DNA from: an uncultured Alphaproteobacteria bacterium
GTDB lineage: Bacteria; Pseudomonadota; Alphaproteobacteria; RF32; CAG-239
Length of the DNA: 64,000 nt
Direction of reading: 5' to 3'
Assembly (NCBI GenBank): GCA_944390275.1
Contig: CALXPL010000004.1
Location: 95,814-159,813 of the forward strand
The notes beneath the pieces were generated by a model. The model saw only the letters and a list, made by a program, of their open reading frames with translations. It was not told the origin of the DNA and made no database searches. Below are positions 30,256-39,582 of this stretch, one piece after another (position 1 is the first letter of the stretch; the number at the start of each line of letters is the position of its first letter). The translations under genes were made by a program, and so were the position numbers.

Positions 30256-30363
30256 AAACAAATTATTATGGTTATTATCAAATGTTGCGAGTTCTCTTAA
30301 AAGAAGTCATGACGTGATAGGGCTGTAATAATTTTATTGTTTCATTTTTTAATTTTTACATAT

Positions 30364-31215
30364 ATGGAAAAGAAAATTTTCGGCCTTATCACCGAAGCCT
30401 TTGGCCATGGATTCTTTGCGTTAAATGCATGTCAAGTGTTGGGTCTTATTCCTGTCGCTTTTAGCGATAAGAAAAAAGATGATGAGCGTGAGGCTCACAT
30501 CGCGCAGATTAAGTCAAACTTCGACGGATTTGTTCCCGAATGGGGAAATCCAGACGAAGTAACCGAAGAAAATTCGGTTAACCTCCGTAAGGAGCTGTTA
30601 GCCGGACACTTCGACAAAGACTTTTGGGAAAAGTTTGCCGAATCAACCTTGGCACCAGCTTGGGAGCCGGATCTACCCGCGTTTCGCAAGTTAGACTTTG
30701 GAGGATACATAAACACAATGTTTGTTCCGCAAAAACTTATCAGCGATGGTATGTGCGGAACGACAGCGGCTCAGCAGTCGCTGCCCAATGAAGTTTTTGA
30801 CTTTTTGGTGAATGAGGAATATCGTCCCATTCTCGGTCAGAACTTCAACAAAGTTACTGACCTTGATAAAGTGGCGGAATTTCAAAAGCAGTTTCCCAAT
30901 GCTTATATCCCCGGACAAACCGAGGATAAAAAAGTGTTCGGAATACGGGGAATAGCCCACAAAATGTATCTAAACCTCTACGACAAGCTCGACTTGTGCG
31001 TCGGAGTGGCAGGTACGCATACGTGGTACATTCTCACCTGCTTCCCACAGGTGCCGCAAGTTATCTTGTATAACAAAGGCGGCGTCGAGGACTGGGCGAT
31101 GATTGCTGAAGCCTATCGCAAAGCCGGATATCTTGTTCGAGCTATTGGGTTTGATGCCCAGAGCGATATGGGAGAACTCAAAACAAGAATTCTGCAGGCT
31201 ATTGCAGAACGTTAA
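30364..31215 (+). CDS. Hypothetical protein with a weak GT9 glycosyltransferase-like C-terminus
   Basis: DLCVGVAGTHTWYILTCFPQVPQVILY; appears more GC-rich than its neighbours. Confidence 0.45.
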   Translation: MEKKIFGLITEAFGHGFFALNACQVLGLIPVAFSDKKKDDEREAHIAQIKSNFDGFVPEWGNPDEVTEENSVNLRKELLAGHFDKDFWEKFAESTLAPAWEPDLPAFRKLDFGGYINTMFVPQKLISDGMCGTTAAQQSLPNEVFDFLVNEEYRPILGQNFNKVTDLDKVAEFQKQFPNAYIPGQTEDKKVFGIRGIAHKMYLNLYDKLDLCVGVAGTHTWYILTCFPQVPQVILYNKGGVEDWAMIAEAYRKAGYLVRAIGFDAQSDMGELKTRILQAIAER

Positions 31216-31224
31216 AAAAAAGAA

Positions 31225-31263
31225 AAGGTCTTGGCTCATTGAGAGCCAAGGCCTTTGTTTTTT
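31225..31263 (+). terminator. Intrinsic terminator
   Basis: AAGGTCTTGGCTC-ATTGA-GAGCCAAGGCCTT followed by a T run. Confidence 0.7.
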
Positions 31264-31364
31264 GTGATAATTTTTATATTTTTTAAAAAAAAATTTCTTG
31301 ATTTTGTCAATTTTGTATGTTATAGCTTCGAAAACGAATTTTGTTAAGAGAGGAATTTATCGCC

Positions 31365-33374
31365 ATGGTAAAAGGAGCAGGAACAGATAAAAATATCGGA
31401 ACGAAGATAATATTTATCGGCGGTGTTAACGAAGACCGTATCGGTGGTAATGCAACGGTGATTGAACACACAAATGAAAAGAATGAAACAAAACGTGTTT
31501 TGGTTGATTTGGGTGCAATGTTTGCTCCTTATGAATCCGGTTTTGAAGCCGCTTATCCGAATATGGAAGAATATTTTGACCGTGTTAATCCGGCAACCGG
31601 AGAAGAAACAAAAGCCCAAAAACCTATTGATAGTATTTTTATTACTCACGCTCATGAAGACCATATCGGTGCTTTGGTTAATTATGTTCGTATGGGCTAC
31701 AAATTGCCTCCGATTAGAACATCGCGCTTTACCAAAAATGTAATTAATATCGTATTTAATCAAGAAAGAATTAAAGTTCCTGAGATGATAACGGTTAACC
31801 CCGGAGACAATATTCGCATTGGCGATGATATGGTGGTCGAACCTTTCGGAGACAGCCACTCAACAATAGAACCCTTAGGTTTTCATGTCTTGACTTTTAT
31901 GAATGACAAACCGCATGCGGGTATTGTAACCTATGGAGATTTGCTAACGGTTGAAGATATGCCTGTTGGAAAATTCGGTTATAGCCAAGAGGCAATGAAT
32001 GACTTGTTAAAACGAAAATTGACAACAACTTTTTTAATAGACTCAACCTCTATTACGCCGCAAACAAAAGAAAGATTAAGTTTTGAAGAACTCGTCAATA
32101 ATTGTTGCGAAGTAATCAAGAATAACCCCGACAGAAAGACAATCTTATCTCCGGTAATTTCAAGAAGTTTTCAAAATGTTGCCATAGATATAGAAGTTGC
32201 ACGACGTTTAGGAACCAAAGTCTGCTTGGAAGGCGCATGGGTCAAATTGATATACAAGGCGATGCAATTTAGCGGTTATAAAGATTTTGACGATGTGATT
32301 TATAAAGGGTCGTTAAAAAATTATTTAGCAGATGATAAGGTCAAATTAAAATATGTTGTCAGCACGGGAGCATTCGCTCAAGGGTTGAAAGAATATCAAG
32401 AAAATCAAAGCGATGATTTTTATAATATTCCGATGGCGGCCGCAACAAAAATCGCTTTAGGTCTTCATAAAGATATGGGAATTAATCCCCGAACTTTGAT
32501 TTTGGCAAGACAAAGAATTATTGATGAAATTAATGGCGAAAGCGGTCCGGCAATGTTACAGATGATGGCGGCTAAAGGAGCGAAGGTCGTTATGTCTCCG
32601 AGTGGGCGTAAAATAGCCAATTTTGAAGAAGTCATCATGCAAAATTCGGGACATCTAAACAGACAAGAATTTTCTAAATTAATAAAAGAAAATAAAAAAT
32701 ATGCTCCGAATGCGGTTTATATTTCTATTCACGGTAATCCCGAACAATGTGCCTTTACCGCGCAAGTTGCCCAAAATGAAAGGATGAAAACGTTACAGGT
32801 TTTGAATTCGGAATGCATAAAGGTTAGTGAGGGGCAGGCAGAAAAACTTCCGCAAGGCAAAGAACCGTTCCGTTGGATAGCCGTAAAGAGAATATTACCC
32901 AATCCGACTCAAGAAAATTCATCTATTCCGCCGGAAGGCAAGTTAGAATTTTGGAAAGTTGATAAGGACTATATGCCTGTTGATGATTCCCCATTTTATG
33001 ATACCAGTTTGGTACGCAGCATAAAACCCAGAGATGGAAATTATTACGATAATCATCCGGAGCTTGGCAAGAATGCGGAAATGTTAAGTGATACTTATGA
33101 AGAACCGAAACGTGAATCGAATAAAGAAATAAAAGCCAAGATGAGCCGTAAAGATAAAAAAATGCTTGATAAACAAGAGAAATTGGAAAAAAAGAAGGCA
33201 AAAATAGAAGCGAAAAAGACGGCTTACCAGAAACAGCAGCAAAAATCACAAGATGAGATTATGAGTTTTGTTGACGGAATGGGAAGTGAACATATAAAAT
33301 ACACGAAGAGCGGCAAGCCGAGAAAAATAAATCCGTTAAAATTAAGAAAGGATAAAGAAAGCGGAGGAAGATAG
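31365..33374 (+). CDS. rnj: Ribonuclease J-like beta-CASP metallo-beta-lactamase, divergent, with Lys-rich tail
   Basis: GGVNEDRIGGN, VDLG, THAHEDHIG, HS, GD, DST, SGH, IHG motifs in RNase J order. Confidence 0.7.
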   Translation: MVKGAGTDKNIGTKIIFIGGVNEDRIGGNATVIEHTNEKNETKRVLVDLGAMFAPYESGFEAAYPNMEEYFDRVNPATGEETKAQKPIDSIFITHAHEDHIGALVNYVRMGYKLPPIRTSRFTKNVINIVFNQERIKVPEMITVNPGDNIRIGDDMVVEPFGDSHSTIEPLGFHVLTFMNDKPHAGIVTYGDLLTVEDMPVGKFGYSQEAMNDLLKRKLTTTFLIDSTSITPQTKERLSFEELVNNCCEVIKNNPDRKTILSPVISRSFQNVAIDIEVARRLGTKVCLEGAWVKLIYKAMQFSGYKDFDDVIYKGSLKNYLADDKVKLKYVVSTGAFAQGLKEYQENQSDDFYNIPMAAATKIALGLHKDMGINPRTLILARQRIIDEINGESGPAMLQMMAAKGAKVVMSPSGRKIANFEEVIMQNSGHLNRQEFSKLIKENKKYAPNAVYISIHGNPEQCAFTAQVAQNERMKTLQVLNSECIKVSEGQAEKLPQGKEPFRWIAVKRILPNPTQENSSIPPEGKLEFWKVDKDYMPVDDSPFYDTSLVRSIKPRDGNYYDNHPELGKNAEMLSDTYEEPKRESNKEIKAKMSRKDKKMLDKQEKLEKKKAKIEAKKTAYQKQQQKSQDEIMSFVDGMGSEHIKYTKSGKPRKINPLKLRKDKESGGR

Positions 33375-33543
33375 AACGCCATAACGGTTAATTAAGAGAG
33401 GGAAGGGTAAATTCCCTCTTTTAACCTCCTTCGGGAGGTTTTTTATTTATTGCTTGGGATATGTTGAATTAAAATTCTTGATTTAAATTTTTGTTCGTCA
33501 TATTTATATTTTAAATTTATCATTTATTAGCGAAAGTTTATCC

Positions 33544-34725
33544 ATGAATTTGAATCTTCTTCTCGGTATTGCCGGAATTCTTATGCTTTTTTGTGTTTTT
33601 GCGAACCGCTTGTCCGATCGCTATGGCATTCCCGCTATGCTCATGTTTCTCGGTTTGGGAATGCTTGCCGGCTCGGATGGAGTAGGACAAATTCAATTCT
33701 ATGATGCCAAACTTTCAAATCATATCGGTACCGTCGCTCTTATTTTTATTTTGTTTACCGGAGGCTTAGAAACGCGTTGGAACGATGTAAAACCCGTAAT
33801 ATTTCGCGGAACGCTTTTATCAACGCTTGGCGTCGTCTTTACGGCACTGTTTCTATATCTTTGCACGCATTTTATTCTTGGAATTTCAAACCAAATCGCG
33901 TTACTGCTTAGCGTTATTGTATCTTCAACAGATGCTCCGGCGGTTTTCTCTTTACTTCGCTCTCAAAAAAAAGAATTAAAATCAGGGCTTAAACCATTGC
34001 TCGAATTTGAATCGGGAAGTAACGACCCGATGGCAATTCTTCTCTCCATGGGGGTTATTCAAATTTTTTCAACTCCTGATTTTAACGGGGCAATTTTACT
34101 GCTCAATTTTGTTTTACAACTTGTTTTGGGAACGGCATTTGGAATTTTGATTGGTAAAGCAGCCGTCTATGTTCTTTCCAAACTCCGTCTTGCATATAGT
34201 GGATTGTATCCGGTTTTTGGTGTCGGCTTGGTTATGGTTACGTTTAGTTTCACGCAAATTGCATTTGGTAATGGCTATTTGGCGGTTTATCTCTGTGGAA
34301 TTATTCTCGGAAATGCCGGATTTATGTACCGCCGCCATCTTTTAAGATTTCATGATTCCTTAGGCTGGATTATGCAAATAGGAATGTTCCTCATTCTGGG
34401 GTTATTGGTCAATCCGGCAGAATTGCTTGACGTTTTTTGGCTAAGTTTCGGTTGTTCTGTATTTCTTGTTTTCATAGCTCGTCCTTTGGCCGTATTTCTC
34501 TGCCTTTACAAAAGCAAATATTCATTTGAAGAAAAAATATTTATCTCATGGGCAGGGCTTAAAGGAGCTGTTCCCATTATTCTCGCGACTTATCCCTTAA
34601 TGGTTAATTCGCCAAATTCACAGTTTCTCTTTAATACCATCTTTTTTATAGTTATATTATCAGTATTAGTTCAAGGACAAACCTTACCGCTTCTGGCGAA
34701 AAAGTTTAAACTCTATAAGAAGTAA
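33544..34725 (+). CDS. K+/H+ antiporter, NhaP2/CvrA type (membrane domain only)
   Basis: GMLAGSDG, SSTDAPAVFS, LEFESGSNDPMA, WAGLKGAVPIILA. Confidence 0.9.
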   Translation: MNLNLLLGIAGILMLFCVFANRLSDRYGIPAMLMFLGLGMLAGSDGVGQIQFYDAKLSNHIGTVALIFILFTGGLETRWNDVKPVIFRGTLLSTLGVVFTALFLYLCTHFILGISNQIALLLSVIVSSTDAPAVFSLLRSQKKELKSGLKPLLEFESGSNDPMAILLSMGVIQIFSTPDFNGAILLLNFVLQLVLGTAFGILIGKAAVYVLSKLRLAYSGLYPVFGVGLVMVTFSFTQIAFGNGYLAVYLCGIILGNAGFMYRRHLLRFHDSLGWIMQIGMFLILGLLVNPAELLDVFWLSFGCSVFLVFIARPLAVFLCLYKSKYSFEEKIFISWAGLKGAVPIILATYPLMVNSPNSQFLFNTIFFIVILSVLVQGQTLPLLAKKFKLYKK

Positions 34726-34736
34726 GGAGAAGAAAA

Positions 34737-35519
34737 ATGTCATATTTGACAGAATTACAGCAAAAATTTGATAATTTATGGTGGAAACCAAAGGGTTTTT
34801 TTTGCATTTTTTTCCGGAATATCAATATTTGTGTGTTTGTAGGATTAATATTACTTTCTCTTCATCATAAAATAGTTTTATATAATTTGCCCGATTTTCA
34901 TAGTAAAACGATGGCTTTTTTAACAGTGCCTTTGGTCAACGGCATATTGACAATGATTTTTTATTTGGTTCTCAATCATTATTTTGCCAAACGTCATTAC
35001 ACGGATTATAGCTTCAATTCAGAAAATAAAACGGCTCTCGGTATAACATCTTTCATCGGAGGGGTATTTTGTTGTTTTATTACTGCGGATGAAACATGGA
35101 CATATGTTATTACGGGAGTAATAATTTATGCGGCATATCGTTGCGTTCGACTTTTTATAGGAAAACTTTCGGCATTACTTTCTCCCGATGAAAAGGCAAA
35201 ACCGCAAGATTTAGCAGAATTTATGCTTTTTTTTATAAACCTGGTTATTTCCTTTAGTGTAATTAATTTGACACTTAACACAATTCATTTTCATTTAGGA
35301 GCGGAAACAGCATTTAATTTTTCGCAAGGAGTGCAGGGGATATTAGATGCGGTTTATTTCTCATTAATTACCATGACGACGGTTGGATACGGAGACATAT
35401 ACCCTCATTCTGAAATTGCGCGTCTTTTTGTCGGTTTGGAGTGTCTGACAAGCTATATTCTCCTCGGAATTATGATAGGAATTATCAGCCGCGGTGTCGA
35501 GCTAAAACGAAAGAGTTAG
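34737..35519 (+). CDS. Potassium channel family protein
   Basis: YFSLITMTTVGYGDIYP selectivity filter. Confidence 0.85.
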   Translation: MSYLTELQQKFDNLWWKPKGFFCIFFRNINICVFVGLILLSLHHKIVLYNLPDFHSKTMAFLTVPLVNGILTMIFYLVLNHYFAKRHYTDYSFNSENKTALGITSFIGGVFCCFITADETWTYVITGVIIYAAYRCVRLFIGKLSALLSPDEKAKPQDLAEFMLFFINLVISFSVINLTLNTIHFHLGAETAFNFSQGVQGILDAVYFSLITMTTVGYGDIYPHSEIARLFVGLECLTSYILLGIMIGIISRGVELKRKS

Positions 35520-35522
35520 AAA

Positions 35523-35696
35523 TTAGATAAGAAAGGCAAAAATCAAAAAGATACCGGTACTGACATGAAGTCCGATAAGAAAACCGACAACTTTTTCTTC
35601 ATTTCGAAGAATTTGGGGAACAAGCGGCATATCAAAAGGGCTTTTTGTTTTTGCATGGCAATCAAAATCCTCAAGAGTTAATTGTTTGAATTTCAT
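35523..35696 (-). CDS. 57-aa small ORF with hydrophobic C-terminus (below the ORF-track cutoff)
   Basis: MKFKQLTLEDFDCHAKTKSPFDMPLVPQILRNEEKVVGFLIGLHVSTGIFLIFAFLI; AAGGA RBS; directly follows the 35712 gene. Confidence 0.4.
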   Translation of the reverse strand: MKFKQLTLEDFDCHAKTKSPFDMPLVPQILRNEEKVVGFLIGLHVSTGIFLIFAFLI

Positions 35697-35711
35697 ATCA
35701 AAATTCCTTAT

Positions 35712-36044
35712 TTAGTGTCGTTCATGAATAAGTCTCAAAATATCGCGCATAAACTCGCTGACATCTTCGCGTAAATTATCATCATGGATAAATTCCGCAA
35801 ACCACCCTTTGTTATCGCATAAGAGGTATTCTTGAGCCAAAACGAGCTGATCTTCAGAAGACAGACGGTATTTATATTTTCGAGGAGGACACTCGTCTGT
35901 AACATAGGAAAAACCTTCTTTTTCTGGTAAAAAGTGTTCAATATATTTACTATCGTATCGGCTGTTTTCAGCCCATCCTTTTTCCAGTTTGGTAAAGGAA
36001 GGAAGTTCTTTAAGGGAAAGGTATAAGATGTCATTGCCGTACAT
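35712..36044 (-). CDS. Hypothetical protein
   Basis: 110-aa ORF with a TTGACA promoter element upstream. Confidence 0.55.
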   Translation of the reverse strand: MYGNDILYLSLKELPSFTKLEKGWAENSRYDSKYIEHFLPEKEGFSYVTDECPPRKYKYRLSSEDQLVLAQEYLLCDNKGWFAEFIHDDNLREDVSEFMRDILRLIHERH

Positions 36045-36074
36045 TTAAGTTTCTTTCGAATTAAGACTGCTTAA

Positions 36075-36095
36075 TAAATACCATAACGGTATTTA
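36075..36095. promoter_or_regulatory. Palindromic operator (ATACC-N5-GGTAT core)
   Basis: TAAATACC-ATAAC-GGTATTTA lies just downstream of a minus-strand TTGACA, within the putative promoter spacer. Confidence 0.5.
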
Positions 36096-36156
36096 ATTGT
36101 CAAGAATAAAATTATCAAAATGGTATATTAATGAGCAAAATAGGAAACAGCAAAAG

Positions 36157-36181
36157 AAAGGGAACAGTTCGCTGTTCCCTT
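36157..36181. terminator. Hairpin terminator
   Basis: AAGGGAACAG-TTCG-CTGTTCCCTT. Confidence 0.7.
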
Positions 36182-36233
36182 ATTTGCAATTTTTTTACTG
36201 ATGATGATTAAAGAAAAGATGAAGTTGATTTAT

Positions 36234-38033
36234 TTAGTTGTGGTCGCAAGCACCATAACAATAAACATCATCATATTCTGGCATTGTGGCAAGATATTTT
36301 TCACAATCTTCCATGGTGCGGAAAGATTTTTCATAGCTGCTCCCTCTCCAACAAGGATGTGGGATTTTGTGGGTTCTTACGCTTCCATCGGCAAATTGAC
36401 ATAATTCTTCTGTATTTGCATACCAAGCAGAATAAGATCCGTTATAAACATGGCAATATTTGTTAGTATGTCTTTTAATTTGTTTTCCTCTTGCGCAAGC
36501 CATCATGGACGATCTTCCACATCCTCCGTAAGTCATTTCAAAATAACCAGTGCATTTTTCAACACCAAAAATTTCAAAATCATCCCATCTGCCATAATCT
36601 GATGGATAGGATGTACAACGGCAATCACCAATACTACTTTCGTATTGGAAGCCATAACTTACATCACATCCTAAATCAATGTATGTTTTTGAGCATGTTT
36701 CATATTCGCATTTATGGCCAAAAGGACAACGACTTAATGTTCCTTTATTGGGACAAACGCATGTGTCTCCTTCTCTGACATAACTTGTTTTACAACTTGA
36801 CAAAGAATATTTACCCGAACACGATTCATACCAACAATTACCGTTTGCCGGACAAGAATCCAAGGTTGCTTCATAATCGCAATGTTCTGTACAAGTCTCA
36901 TAATAAGAATCCCAATCGTAACCGGAAGCACAACCATCGACTTTGTAATATTTTTTACTGCATTTTTCGTATTCGCATAAATATCCGGTCGGGCAAGAAG
37001 AGTAAGTTCCTTTATTGTCACAAGTACACGTTTTGGCCGCGGCATTCCAATCGAAACCGTCTTGACAGCCGTCAACTTTATAATATTTTCCACTACATCT
37101 CTCATATTCGCATTTATATCCGATCGGACAAGTTGCATAAATCCCCAAGTTAGGACAAGGTTTGCACTTATCATATTTGGTAACCGTTCCCGACAAGCAA
37201 GAATTGGCTCCGATTTCAGGGGCTGTTAAACTGCAATCATAAAATCCGTCGCAAGGATTGGGAGCTAACTTAAACCATGGTTCATTATCGCAATTCACAC
37301 AAGTTTCGCCTTTGACATAACCTTCGGGAATATCTTTTTCATCATTATAGGTGTAGCCGTTGCACAAATTGCAACAAAGTCCGTAGCTGGGATCAAAAGA
37401 ACATTTTGTATCGCTCATCTGCCAACCGCTCGGACAACTTGTAACATAATTTCCGTTTTCTTCTTTGCAAGCACGGTCAAGGTCTTCTTCACATTTTTGG
37501 TATTTTCCGCCGCAAGATTCTCCAACCCCATAATTCGGAGCCTGACATTTTTGACTGAACTTTTTATCGCAAGAACAGGCAAAATAGTTGGGGGCAACCG
37601 GACAAGGAATAGGAGAAGACCCTTCGGGGCAAGGCGTTTGACCATAACCGGCATCTTGACAAACTTCTTCGGGAGTTTTGTATTCGGGAGTTTCCGGAGT
37701 TTCGCCGCTTCCGCTCCCCGGAGCTCCGTTTCCGTTCTCCGGTCCATCGGTATTATCAAATTTATCAACCGAACATTTATGTGTATCGGTTATAAAACAT
37801 ACCGAAGCAACTTTTTGTTCTTCTCCCGAAATCCATAAATCATCAAAAAGGCGTGATGATAAGTTCGGATATTTAAGAGTATGGCGTATTTGTGTGTGAT
37901 GTGTGTGTAGAGTGTTGATGCCAGACTTTGGGATGGAATCCGGTATTTTAATTGAAGCATAAGTTACATTTCCGCTATTGACACATAAGCCCATAGCAGA
38001 CAAAAGTATCGCCTTAGAAATACTATTCATCAC
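36234..38033 (-). CDS. Secreted Cys-rich repeat protein
   Basis: Signal peptide, AGGAGG RBS, very high Cys content, four ~45-aa internal repeats. Confidence 0.75.
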   Translation of the reverse strand: MMNSISKAILLSAMGLCVNSGNVTYASIKIPDSIPKSGINTLHTHHTQIRHTLKYPNLSSRLFDDLWISGEEQKVASVCFITDTHKCSVDKFDNTDGPENGNGAPGSGSGETPETPEYKTPEEVCQDAGYGQTPCPEGSSPIPCPVAPNYFACSCDKKFSQKCQAPNYGVGESCGGKYQKCEEDLDRACKEENGNYVTSCPSGWQMSDTKCSFDPSYGLCCNLCNGYTYNDEKDIPEGYVKGETCVNCDNEPWFKLAPNPCDGFYDCSLTAPEIGANSCLSGTVTKYDKCKPCPNLGIYATCPIGYKCEYERCSGKYYKVDGCQDGFDWNAAAKTCTCDNKGTYSSCPTGYLCEYEKCSKKYYKVDGCASGYDWDSYYETCTEHCDYEATLDSCPANGNCWYESCSGKYSLSSCKTSYVREGDTCVCPNKGTLSRCPFGHKCEYETCSKTYIDLGCDVSYGFQYESSIGDCRCTSYPSDYGRWDDFEIFGVEKCTGYFEMTYGGCGRSSMMACARGKQIKRHTNKYCHVYNGSYSAWYANTEELCQFADGSVRTHKIPHPCWRGSSYEKSFRTMEDCEKYLATMPEYDDVYCYGACDHN

Positions 38034-38262
38034 ATCCTCCTTTACTTACCATCACGACTCTAATATAACATATTCTTCTACCGTTTACAATCATTATTTT
38101 TGTTTTAGAAGGAGAAAAAGGACAAAGTAATTAAAAAATTTGAGATATTTCAGTAAGGAGAATAAGTTATTTTGTTGAGAAGCAATAAAAAAAACCATCT
38201 TAATTATTGTAAGATGGTTTTTATGGACTAAATTACAAAGATACGAAAAAAACGGAGAAATA

Positions 38263-38787
38263 TTATTTTTTCCGTTTTTTTGTGCGAGTTAAACGAAAAT
38301 TCGAGATTTCATTATCATCATCATCGGAAGATGCGGGAATTTGTGTTTTAGACATGATGATAGCCAAATCGAACAGTTGTTTTGCAGCAAGCCGATTGGG
38401 AATTTTATAATAAGCACGAACCAAATCAAAAGTTTCTTGCCGAGACATAGGATCAACATTTTCAAGAGGAGAAGAAGCAATACCGGTAAGTAAGGCTTTA
38501 GGACTTTTACTCGCTGTTTCTTCTTTCATATCTTTGAAGAAGAAACCGATTTCGACGTCGAGAGCATGACTAATATCCCACAAACGGCTTGCACTGACGC
38601 GGTTTTGTCCTTGTTCATATTTTTGAATCTGTTGAAAAGTCAACCCAAGCATAGAAGCGAGTTTATTCTGGCTAAGTCCCAGAAGTTGTCTTCTGATTTT
38701 AATACGAGAGCCGACATGTCGGTCGATAGGATTAGGTTGTCCATTTTCCATACGTCCGCGACGTAATCTTGTACTTTTGGTTGTCAT
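38263..38787 (-). CDS. XRE-family HTH regulator (conserved alphaproteobacterial type)
   Basis: PNPIDRHVGSRI..RR..LGLSQ...LGLTFQQIQKYE.G.NRVSASRL. Confidence 0.9.
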   Translation of the reverse strand: MTTKSTRLRRGRMENGQPNPIDRHVGSRIKIRRQLLGLSQNKLASMLGLTFQQIQKYEQGQNRVSASRLWDISHALDVEIGFFFKDMKEETASKSPKALLTGIASSPLENVDPMSRQETFDLVRAYYKIPNRLAAKQLFDLAIIMSKTQIPASSDDDDNEISNFRLTRTKKRKK

Positions 38788-39060
38788 AGAAAAGTCCTCA
38801 TACTCTTATTAAGATATTAAGATAAAAATATATAGATTATATATAGTAAAAAAAATATAATTTAAATAGGAAAAATAAGTTAGTAATAGAAAAATTTAAA
38901 AAAACGAGTTAAAAGTAGTAAAAAAAGTTAGGAAAACAAAGGACTATTGATTATAGTAAAAATAAAAACTTTCTAACAGGAATTTAGTAAAAAGTAAAAA
39001 AAGTCATAAAAAAGTTAAAGAAGAGCCGACAGACTCGGAACAGACCATCGGAACGAAACA

Positions 39061-39540
39061 ATGCAAAAGTACAAACAAGAGTATGACATAAAGAGGATTC
39101 GCCTGTATTTATATGAACAAAACAATATTTTGGAGAGAATAGCTTTTATGCCAAACCAAGAAAAGGAAGTAAATTATAGGCAAGTCGAAACAGAATTTAT
39201 GAAGAGAGTAAAAGAAGAGATAGAAGAATATCTCAACGGGCAAAGGAAAAAATTTGACATTCCTCTAATTCCGCAAGGGACGGAATTTCAACAAAGAGTA
39301 TGGCAAGAGATAAGCAAAATACCTTATGGAGAAACAAGAACATATAAAGAAATAGCTGAAAGGATAGGAGAGAGGAAATGCTATCAAGCCATAGGTCAAG
39401 CCTGCCGTAACAATCCCTATGTAATAATTGTGCCTTGTCATCGGGTAGTTGGCAGCCATTCGGAGTTAGGAGGTTATGCGGGAGGTCTTGAACTGAAACA
39501 AAAACTTTTGGACTTAGAACAAGGAATATATGGTTTTTAA
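39061..39540 (+). CDS. ogt: Methylated-DNA-protein cysteine methyltransferase
   Basis: GTEFQQRVW, IPYGETRTY, VPCHRV active site. Confidence 0.93.
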   Translation: MQKYKQEYDIKRIRLYLYEQNNILERIAFMPNQEKEVNYRQVETEFMKRVKEEIEEYLNGQRKKFDIPLIPQGTEFQQRVWQEISKIPYGETRTYKEIAERIGERKCYQAIGQACRNNPYVIIVPCHRVVGSHSELGGYAGGLELKQKLLDLEQGIYGF

Positions 39541-39582
39541 GTAAAAAAAGAGCTCTTCGAAAGAAGAGCTCCGGCATAAGGA

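Noticed and set aside
21700-38000. Recent inversion, suggested by T-richer + strand intergenic DNA compared with the A-rich flanks
   Set aside because: Four KOPS-like octamers inside the segment keep the same + polarity as the flanks, and no flanking inverted repeats or invertase were seen; the skew was judged only by eye.
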